Source: Takakia lepidozioides
Lineage: Eukaryota; Plantae; Bryophyta
Assembly: GCA_030704615.1 (NCBI GenBank)
Contig: CM060733.1
Coordinates: 52,018,001 to 52,082,000, forward strand
DNA: 64,000 nt
Reading direction: 5' to 3'
Of this stretch, positions 39,256-49,266 are shown piece after piece (the first letter of the stretch is position 1; each line of letters opens with the position of its first letter). A program made the position numbers and the translations under genes. The notes under the pieces are model-generated. The model had not been told where the DNA came from. It worked only from the letters and a program-made list of their open reading frames with translations, and ran no database searches.

Positions 39256-42200
39256 TGCTCGAACCTGAGAGGGAGGGAGTTCGTGCACCAGAGAAGAGAC
39301 ATCATCGCAAGCTCCAAAAATTGTACTTCGGACGTAGGCCAATGCCGAAGGGGAGGAAGCAGATGCGTCTACATGAGGAGATTGCCATCTCGCAGGAGCA
39401 GGCCACGCAAACAACCCAGCCACCAGTGAGAGCTCCCGTGCTATCGAGATGCGCGCAGCTGATCGAGCACCGAAACCCCCCTCATTTTTCTTCTGAAATT
39501 CTTAGTCAGAAGATGTTTGCATGCCTAACCGGAAAGGTGGACGTGCTGGAGGGATTGCAGGAATCCGAAGAGCCGCAGGAAGACTCCATGGAGCTAGCTG
39601 CAGCACGCACACCCAGCCGATCCACGAGCACGGGTCTTCCTACCGGGCCTAGCCCTGTGCGTTTCAAGGACGCGGCTTCGAAGGGCAAGTCTTTGTAGTT
39701 CAAAGCCTCAGAGAGCGACTCACGTTCGAAGGTCATGGAGAATCGCCAGCAGGGGTCGGGCCCTTCTCCAGCAAAGACGAAGAAGAAGCAGCCCGTCCTT
39801 CAACTGGTTTCTGAACCGGACCAGGCCGTTTCCCCCCCACCCAGGCGAATGAAGCAGAAGGGTACAGGGCAGATTCAATTGCAGCAGACACCTTCACCTG
39901 CAAGAATGAGGAAGCACAAGGCAATCAGGGGGAGGGCGGAGCAGTCTCCCGCAAAACCGATTCCACGAGCTGAAGCCCAGTTCCTCCTTGATTTCCAGCC
40001 TGTTGATGTTGGGGGCGTCTCTGCTGCAGCGAAGGCAATGGGATCGACCGATTTCGTCGATCTGGTACCGGAGGAGGGTGCTGCCGCTCAACGTTCGCAG
40101 CAAGACCTGACCACCGTTGAGGAAGATCTTCAGAATACTGCAGGCCCGGAGGAGGCCTCTGCAATGGCAGAATTGCCCGCAAAGATTCCCCAGAGTGCAG
40201 CTCCAGTTGGGGATGCTCTAGCTGCTCAGCCCCTACCGCCACCTGCAGAAATATCTCCGGAGGAATTCCAAAGTGCAGCGGATACAATGTTGGAGGAGAC
40301 ACACAGTAGCATTGGCAGAGTTCTGGGCAGCAGGGTATTCCAACGGACTCTTCGAATCCCACTCTGTCGCATGGTCTCCCTTCCCATCGTCAGGCAGGCA
40401 CTTCCCCGAGATGTGGATGGACCCACTGCGGATGAATTGTCAACATGGGATACCCAATGACACACTCGCAACGACGAATTCGAGGCAACGCTGAAGGGTG
40501 ATCCAGACTTCGGCCATATGTCGGGTAAAATGTTCTTTGTGTGGGACGGGAATCACCGATTTCTTGCCTGGTGGGAGTACATCAAGTAGAACCATGCCAA
40601 GCATATTGGCTGGCATTACATGGTGGAGTGTGTCATCCTCAAGGTGAAGGCGATAGACTCCTCCCTGCTCAAGAATGCCATGGCGGACCTCAACTCGTAA
40701 GATACTCATACCCTCCCAAGCACGTTCGAAATGCGGTGCCGCATTTCGGTTTCCAATTTGTTTTGTTTCCATGCTTCCGTGGACTGAACTTGAGAGTAAG
40801 CCTTGCAGGGTCACTGAAAATGCATACGTGCATACCCACATGGCACATATGCTGTACAGGGTGAGGAAAACTCGTCTCGCTGATCCACACATGTTTGCGG
40901 AAATGCTAGAGCCCGAGCTCATTCAGAAAGCCGTGGCAAAAACTGACCGGACATGGTATCGTCTCACTATGGATGGAATGGTGGAGGTGATATACGAAGT
41001 AAGTCGTCCTCCCATTTCCCTCTACTCATCCTTCCCTAATTTTCAGTAATCTTTCCACATGAATCGAATGTAACGCTTATGCATGTTTTTGTTGGCAGTC
41101 AAACATCAAGTTGGATTTGGCCCATGCCAAACGCTTCTTCATGGAAAGTGAGGGGCAGGTCAAAACCTTGCCGTCATTGACTGAGCACTTGAAGGAAGCC
41201 GGGGTCAAGTCCAGAACGAAATACAAGTCAAAAGCTTGTGAAGCTGGTGGCCATTGCAGATCCGGCACTTGGAAATGACTTCATCCCCCAGATTGCAAAA
41301 CACTATTCTCGAGCCATGCAGCCGACCATGCAGTTGGAGAAACTGCATCACCTCTCAACGGCATGTGTTGAGGCGAAAGAGAAGGTGAGGTTTCAATGCA
41401 CTGAAGGAGCAAGTCGTAATGCATACAAATTCGTTCGACTTGTACGTCGAATGGGATGGAACACAGACATTGGAAGACTACGTGACATGTTTCAGATGTG
41501 CGTACAAGGACAACCTCTTCGCCAGGGAGCTGCAGACAGCAAGAAGGAGCGTGGAGTTTACACATCAGGAGGGAGCGGGAAAAGCTGCAATGCAAATTGT
41601 TTACAGGTGAAGCCCAGCTGCCCTTGTATGCGAAGCCTGGTTATGAGGTTTGTCTGGGAAATGCGGCACCGCATTCGCATTTTATGTTTTCGGTTGCACT
41701 CTGCGAGTACGTTGCTCTCAACTTTTGCTCACGCATGCTGACTGCCCTGCAGGTATATGAAATACGTGCTTCTTCAGACAGGGGCCCTGGCTCAAGAGCC
41801 CCCGTTCTTATGGCTTGGACCGTGGCGGGCCCAAGCTGTGTCTACACACCCGAGATGCAGAAACAATGGCATGCCGCGCATCTCGTTGGATGCCCGTGGT
41901 ATTTGGACATGTCTGGCGGAATTGTTGACGAGTCTGAGAAAGATCTGCATGCAAAAGCAGAAGAGAAGAGAAAGGAAAGACGTGTCCCTTCTGGGCCAGA
42001 GTCGGCAAAGGAAGCTGCTGCTCTGGAACAATCCAGAAAGGCAGCTGAGATGGCACAGAAGACGGTGGATGCAGCTGTGCAGGCTCAACAGAAGGGGTCG
42101 AAGAAGAGGACTCGCCAGCAAGGAGCAGCAGTTGTGACACCAAAGAAAACGAAGAAGCAGAAACAGATAGAGTAGGAAGAGGGTGACGAAGAGGACTCCG

Positions 42201-43897
42201 ATGGAGACTTTGCAACCAGCCCACCCCCCGAAACTTAGCCGAAATCCCCTATGCCCACCGTTGTCACGAGAGGGACGAGAACAGGCTCGGCAAAGAAGGC
42301 ACTCTTCAACCCCCCGGGAGGGCACCCCTTTCGAGCCGGTGGAAATGAAGAGGCCGAAAGTGGATCTCGATACAGTAGTCCAGTGTGTAAATGAGAGTTT
42401 CTTGGCGGCTTTGGATGGACGGGCAGCCAAGTTGGCATACATGAAGACCATGGAGGGTCTGAAGGGCAGAGCACTGAAGAAGGCGGCTGCCGAAGAGCCT
42501 TCCGACACCCCTGGGTTTCTGAAGATGGTCTCGTTCTTTGAGAGGGTGTGTGCAGACAAGGATTGTAGGAGGGGCGGAAATGCCACCGAGTGGTCTTGCG
42601 ATATGATCATCTTGGATATCCTGGATGGAGAGCCCGTGGAAGGACTGCAAGCTTTGCCATCTTGGAACAGGTACTCCGAGGACTTTTGGAAGAAATGATT
42701 CCTATTCGGGCTCGCCCGCATGGTGTTGGACGACAGAGGCTATGTGGTTGTCCTGGCGAGCAGAGGCAAAAACATGCAAACATGAATTGCGAAGTGGACC
42801 CGCAAGAGCGCCGTCCCAATTCTGCAGAAGAAGTGGACGTGCATCAACACATTGGGCCTTCGGTCGGAAGGGAAGAAGGTAATTACGACATTGGCACTCC
42901 TCATAGCCTCAATTCAACGGAACCCCTGCGGTATTCACGGACTCGGAGCCCTGCCTTCATTCAGACAATTATGGAGACATGCACTGACGTGGAGGGCATA
43001 GTGCTCGACCTCATCTGTGGGACAGGTATGCAGAATCTTGTTCTATGCTGTTCTGCAAATTCTCGTTATGCTTTAATTCGCAACATTTGAAGGGCCATGT
43101 TATAATGTGTGGATGGCATTGTAACAGGTGCCTCAATGTGGGCTGGGCGGTTTTCTGACCGGCACCTCTTTGCCTACGAGGAGGACACATCCGTCTGGGG
43201 ATCCCATCTGGAAGGGCTTCAACGGAATGTGAAGGCTCCCATCGAAGCCAAAGACTCCTCGGATTCGTCGGAGTCGGAGGAAGAGACAGTGGACATTGAT
43301 GCCGAGGAGAACCCGGAATACGATGAGTGCAAACATTGTAAGTGTGCAAAGCCTTCTGGGTGATTTTTTGTCAAACGCATTTCCGGACTGTGGTTCTCAT
43401 TGGTCTTGTTGGTGATTGTTATGTGCAGGATTCCAGGATCCGGGTTGAAACATGTAGGGCCTACACTTCATGCCAGGAAGAATGTCCCGTTCTTTGCAAG
43501 GGCCGACTTCATGACGAGCCCGGTGAAGGACTACTCCCTTCCTAGTTATGCAGCTAAACTCGCAAATACAACGATTAGACGATGTGAGAATCCCAGTAAA
43601 GTAGAGCAGATTTTGGAGAGGGCTAGGGAGGACAGAAGGATAAGGAAAGAGTTGGCAGCAGCTGAGACAAGTAGACGGGTGCGAAAGTTCATATGTGATT
43701 CAGCGGATGAGAGCGATGCAGACAGGGAGGACGACGACCCAACGGAGGTGATATGGTCGGTTCCGCAAGGGGAAGATGGGATTTTCGAAAGCCTGGCCAA
43801 CGAGCAGTCCGCTGGAGATGAGAAAGGCAATGACGGGGTGGAGGCGGAGCAGGACAGTCAAGGACAAGACGACGATACTGATGATTTTCAAGATTAA
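39256..43897 (+). pseudogene. Element B ParB/Srx-like domain + beta-class N6A/N4C DNA methyltransferase-like fusion gene (spliced, disrupted)
   Basis: LRIPLCRMVSLP..GKMFFVWDGNHRF (40545-40559); CDMIILDILDG (42615-42626); RSPAFIQTIMETCT..IVLDLICGTG, intron 43026-43127, then ASMWAGRFSDRHLFAYEEDTSV. Intron positions match the A gene; several in-frame stops. Confidence 0.8.
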
Positions 43898-44031
43898 TAG
43901 AATTTTAATGAACTCTCTGTACATTTAAATTCCCTTCCAGAGAATATAAAGGAAATTCTCCCCGTCCTTCATGTCCCCTCTCCCATGTGCTTCTCAACGA
44001 CACCATCGTCCAAACCACGTCCCTCCCAAAA

Positions 44032-44586
44032 TCGGAAATGCAGCACCGCATTTCCAAAACCGGGGAAAGAACAATTTTCCGTTTCATGGTTTGGACATCA
44101 GAAACTGTTCGGCCGAACGGAAATGCGGTGCCGCATTTCCGTTTTCACGACAGTTTTGCCGATTGCCAGCTCCTTCCATGGAGGTAAATGGAAATGTCAC
44201 CCCGCATGCGGAGGTCGAACACGTTATTTAAATGGCGGACACGGAAATGCGGTGCCGCATTTTCAGAACGGACATCGTTGTTTGTCCAATTCCAGACCCT
44301 TCGACGGAAATGCGGCACCGCATTCCATTGTGCTGGACGGAAATGCGGTGCCGCATTCCATTGTCTAGTACGAAATTTCGATGACGGACATGGAAATGCG
44401 GTGCCGCATTCCATTGTCTAGTACGAAATTTCGATGACGGACATGGAAATGCGGTGCCGCATTTCCAATTCGAAGTATGGTAATGCCATGTCAAGAAATG
44501 AAATGCGTTACAGCATTTTTGTTACGACCACAACGGAGGAAAGGGAGCTGCATGGAAAAAAATGAAATGCGGTGCCGCATTTCCGA
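44032..44586. repeat. Second cluster (~9 copies) of the element-B palindrome
   Basis: GGAAATGCGG-NN-CCGCATT copies at ~44032, 44118, 44242, 44305, 44338, 44391, 44444, 44498 (degenerate) and 44562. Confidence 0.9.
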
Positions 44587-44859
44587 GCTTCAGCATGTAC
44601 ATGTTTCCTTTTACTCATACATGGATTTCCTTCACCTCAGGACTCTGATATCGCTGACTCTGGTATATTCATATGGACAGACACATTGTAGAAATGAGAC
44701 CACAAATTGTAAACAATGGGCCAATTACTACAGTTCTTGAATACAATGAAACACAACACACAAAAGTGAGGGACGATGGGTTGTTTTATTGAACGAACAC
44801 GGAGTCTCACATTTAGCAATTCCAGACAAATCTAAGCCTTTCTGCCTTCTAGATGGGCG

Positions 44860-45520
44860 TCACCAAGTCGACGGAACTTCGATAGCCCTCAAAACAAGCT
44901 CATTACTGATGCGACACCTCGAGGTAAACTGCAATGCGGTCGTTCTAGTGCCCTTGGTGGAGCTGACCACAATGTCATGCCCATCAAGAATACCACCATC
45001 ATACATTGACAAGGTCACTGTGGGCCTCATGTGCCCGTGCGATTCGTCTTCGCAACTCAGCCGAATGTCTCCATACACTGGAAGAGCGGAGTGAACTCCA
45101 CGAATATAGTTTTCCCCGGTCCACTGGCAGTAGTTCCAGCGCCAAAGCAAGGCCGTGCGTGATCTGTCCGACATCCCATTCTAGCTTGGTATATCGAGGT
45201 CAACAATTTTCAGGACCCACGGACCGCATTGACCCTCGCCCTCACCTCACTCAAAGCGGTAATAGCCCTCCAAATACTCCATTGCGCGTAAAGACTCCCG
45301 CTTGATTCCAGAAGCGTCAGCAAAAACAGAGAGCCAGACAATGATGTCTCCTGATTCTAGTTTGAACATAGCATAATCGTGGCCATGATAAGGGCAGTTA
45401 GCAAGATTTCGGCGGCACGACATCCTTGAAAAAAATTAGCGGAGTACGCTCAATGACAGCAGTTCCCGGATGGAGGAGGCAGCAGTGCGGTGGCTGGAAG
45501 AAGTTCAAGCAAACGCTGCA
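44860..45520 (-). pseudogene. Element B accessory gene of unknown function, copy 1
   Basis: CPYHGHDYAMF..SGDIIVW, RTALLWRWNYCQWT, YGDIRLSC, DGGILDGHDIVV, ELVLRAIEVP; homologous to 45830-46544; 5' end approximate. Confidence 0.6.
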
Positions 45521-45829
45521 ATTCCTCACAAACACTCCAGGGCACATTTAAATTTCTCCCCTACTGGAACCTACACAGATGAAGATTGGCTGCTCCATGA
45601 ATGTAGCCGTTTCAGTTTCCTTCCGTGCCATGCAAACTATGGGCAGTAAGTGCGAGGTGGGCCTATAGCCACCCGAGACGTCGAAGTCCATCTCCCCTTC
45701 GATGTAAATGCGACACCGAATTTCCATCCGGGGGATGGACTTCGGTGACAGATTTCAAACTATACCCCGTGGATGAGAAAGAGGTATCGGTTCATCCACC
45801 GCTGGCGTGATGAACACGTTACACGATGA

Positions 45830-46544
45830 TTGGTGGGTACGTGGGACCCAGATGCTCCATTATTGGAGCCCGCACTGCTCTTCCGCTTCTTTTCATTTCG
45901 AAAATCTAAGGGCTTCGTTGCTGTCCGCAAGGTCATTGTCATCGGCATCAAAGACGTCATCAGGTCCTCCTTGGCAAGGATGCCGTGCTTCCAAAACCGG
46001 GACGACTGCCCTTATGGAGGCTTCGATTATGCAATGTATTCGGCCACATCGGGAGACATCGTTATCTGGTACACAGTTTACACAGAAGATACTGGTTCGA
46101 ATGTTGAAACATTGTCCGCTTTTGAGTATATCCCAGGCCACCACGCCTTCGAGTGGGGTGACGATCTTGGTCTGAGGAGTCCGTGGCTCCTGCGCATCCT
46201 TGATTCCGATTTTCCCAGCTACGACGGGCACCCATGCAGAAGAATGCGCACTGCTATGCTGTTGCAGTGGAACTGCTGCCAGTGGACGTGGGTGGACTCC
46301 ATCGGAGAGACGTATATTCCTGAAGGAGTGCGTTCATCTTCTCCATTGTATGGGGACATTCGCATTTGGTGTGGACGACGAAAATGTGAAGCTTTCCATA
46401 TTCGATGGTGGTATGATTGAAGGGCACGACATTGTGGTGAACATCAACAGGGGCGGTACAACGGCTGCAATCCAGTTTACCTGGAGGAGCCCGATGACTC
46501 ATGAGCTAGTTTTCAAAGCAGTCGAAGTCCCATTAACAACGTGA
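45830..46544 (+). pseudogene. Element B accessory gene of unknown function, copy 2
   Basis: CPYGGFDYAMY..SGDIVIW, RTAMLLQWNCCQWT, YGDIRIWC, then a frameshift, then DGGMIEGHDIVV, ELVFKAVEVP. Confidence 0.6.
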
Positions 46545-47016
46545 CTTGTATTCAAAAGGCACAGGGCTAAAGATTTGTTTGCACAATCAGCACAGTAGAC
46601 GTGCTTCAAATGCAATTCATGTGGATCAATAAAAACCCCATTGTGCCCTCTTTTTGTTCTATTTTGTATCCATCGTTCCCAGAATGCATCATTCCTCATT
46701 TCGTTTGGGATTGGGAGTGTGGGTGGATTTTGCAAGCGGCTGGTAGGCTAAAATGGGCCCTCATTCTATAGAGCAGTACCACCCTACCATTCGCGAAACA
46801 TTGCCTTTCAATTGGTAATTCTAAAAAACATTGCCGAACCTCGTTCATCGGGAGGTCCTTCTCCCCCTATGACCGTGACACCCTCAACCCTATTCCCGCG
46901 GACACTCATTTCTGGAAAATAGTCATGCTCATGTTTTTTTCGACACTTACGACTCTGCCCATGGCTCATGCCGCTCATGGCTCATGGCTCATGAAATAGC
47001 AGCCCCCCTTTGGATC

Positions 47017-48809
47017 AGGGGATCCTAAGGTGCCAATGGAAAATAGGGAGCGCACATGCCTCTTCCATTGGAGTCAATCTCTGGCACGTCATACAAAGCG
47101 CTGCATTCGACCTGACCTTCAGTTGGAGCACAGAAGGCTCTGCCTCAAGTATAAAAATGCCACCTCAATGGGAGAAGCTAAGAGCACTTACTAAGCAATC
47201 CGGGCTTGGTGGTTCTCCTCTGGTGCTACTACTGGGATCCAGCTGAAGAAGTTGGATGACTGGTTGGTTTTCTGGCACTTCAGGTACAGACAGTGGGGAG
47301 CTTTCATGACGATGGTAAGCCTCTTCAATCCCAGAAACACAAATTTCACTTTGCATCATGCCTGTTCCTCTGGAGTTGTTGGATTGTCACTTGCAGAACC
47401 TCTGTCATTTCCTTTCCTTCCTCATATTTGCGTGCATTGCCTCCTACAGGACATGTCCTTGGAGGACGTGGCCGACATGCCTTCGTGTAATTTGGCGGAG
47501 ATTGTTCACAACGCCTGGATGCAGCAGTCTACCAAAGCAGGACGTGACTTGTATGTTGCCACTGCAGATAACATGGTACGGGCACTTACACAACAACCAG
47601 ATACCGCAATTTTATGATGGGACGGGGCGGAGGCAAGGGCCCTGATACGATTTTGTTGATGCTAAGGGCTGCGAGCATATCCGGAAACCCATCGAAGATG
47701 GCGAGAGCTCTGAACAGGTGCACTGAAGGGTCCCATTTGCAATCCAGGGTCCCCCATTTGGAAGGCGAGGAAACATTTGGATCATGCAAAAGGAAATTGA
47801 ACACTCTCCAGGGTCGGATGGAGATTCCCATCGCCCCGATTTCTCTGTACCAAAGGTGTCTCCGGTGCAGACTAAGTCATGTGCCCGCCGCTTCCCAGGT
47901 GAATCCTCTTCCAGTGGAGCTGCAAATCATGCAAGCACAGCAGCAGGAATCCCATTGGAGGAGGTGGTGTCCTTGGTGCATGAATCTGATTGCATTGACA
48001 GTGAGTGGCATATAGAACGCACCCCACTAGGATCTAGAGTGGCTTGCATGGCAATTCGGACCCCCTCTTTCAAGAAATGCAAATAAAAAATATGCAAAGG
48101 CTCCAGGGGGACTCCAGCTCCAACGTTCACAGGGTTGTTCCGACCTTATCATAGTGGGGAGTCAAAGGACTGGAAGTTCTGGTTCTGCCCAGACGATATG
48201 GCACGATGCGTCAAGGGAAGAGTTCGTCCTTCGGTGATAATGAAGCCCCCTCCGCCCGCAATTTGGCCTGTGAAACTTGGGATGTCGCTGTCATTAGCCG
48301 AAATAAGCTTGTCGGAGGAGGGAGGGTTTTGTCTTGCACGGTCCCGGGTGGTGCCCTCATGCACTCTGGGCACTGATGTGCCACATGCTCCGGCAATGCC
48401 TCCACCCGGTGCCGACTCCCACCCAACAAAAAGAGATGGAAAAATAGTGCGCCGTGTTGCTTCGGGTGCAGATCACGACTGCAAGATGGAATCAGCTAGA
48501 ATTTTGCAGGCTCGGGTGACTCGTATCACCGAAGTCCCGGCCCCAGGGTATGGACGGATTTACACAGTGTTGTCTACTGGCTCAGTTCTTCATGACAAAG
48601 AATATCAGGTTATCGTGGGGAATTTCCCTACGTGCACTTGTCCGGATTTTGTAACGATGCGTGAGGGCGCTCTCGGCATGAGAGGGAAGTGGGTCCCCTG
48701 CAAGCATCAATATTACATATACCTCATAATTATGTGCTGTGACGGTAAGAGAGACCAATTCATTCACCAAGCCACACTAGGCTACGGAGAAGTCATCACT
48801 CTTCTGTAG
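47017..48809 (+). pseudogene. Element A transposase, 3' part (CxxH, catalytic Glu, Cys cluster, SWIM)
   Basis: ERTCLFHWSQSL; DMPSCNLAEIVHNAW; SWIM PTCTCPDF..WVPCKHQYY; frameshifts and stops. Confidence 0.88.
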
Positions 48810-49266
48810 CGGGACACCTGGCGTGGGGCTCCGCCAGATTCTCTTTGAACACAAACGAGCCATGCCCACTTCCCGTGCTGGTTTCCAGCTTATCGTGTGA
48901 AGTCTTTGCATGTAGGACAAACACATACATTTCGTTCACGCAACCAGGGCAATTGCACATGCCATTCATTGTAGGCGTCTTTCTATGAATTGAAATAAAG
49001 TGTGACAATCATTCTGAGCTCAAATCTGCCATATGTTAATATTCCTCTTTTTGTGCAGACATTGCAGACATGGTGCATGGTGGCCTCTTTGTTTTGTCCA
49101 CGGTAATAGGCCCTCTTCCTATAATCCTCGCCTATAGGGCCTGCTTCTCCAGCACATTTGTGCCGCTCATGCTTCCCTGAACCGTGAGCTCAGCTCACGC
49201 TTTGCAGGTACAACGTGAGCTCAGCTCCCAGGCTCAGGGGGCTGGGCTCACGCCATAGCTACGCTG

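Larger units (their letters stand above)
32278..47007. mobile_element. Mutator-like DNA transposon, element B (14,730 bp), nested in the transposase of A
   Basis: TSD CTTTGGATC at 32269-32277 and 47008-47016. TIRs GAGGTTTACTATTTCATGAGC and reverse complement GGGGGCTGCTATTTCATGAGC; subterminal CATGAGC repeats at both ends. Removal restores NAVQRVFGS-GDPKVPMENRERTCLFHW. Confidence 0.95.
22780..49266. mobile_element. Mutator-like DNA transposon, element A (~11.7 kb net of nested element B)
   Basis: TSD CCATGCGAA at 22771-22779 and 49267-49275. Imperfect 22-bp TIRs: GAGGGGTGCTATTCCGTGAGCC versus reverse complement CAGCGTAGCTATGGCGTGAGCC; subterminal TGAGC repeats. Excision restores LINE ORF2 KWITRSFSHG-GSPWCT. 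Confidence 0.9.

Noticed and set aside
41792-42721. 309-aa minus-strand ORF
   Set aside because: Antisense shadow of the ParB-MTase exons; no independent motif.
23275-43897. Bacterial or phage contamination as the source of the ParB-MTase genes
   Set aside because: The genes have conserved spliceosomal introns and sit in elements with exact TSDs nested in a plant LINE.
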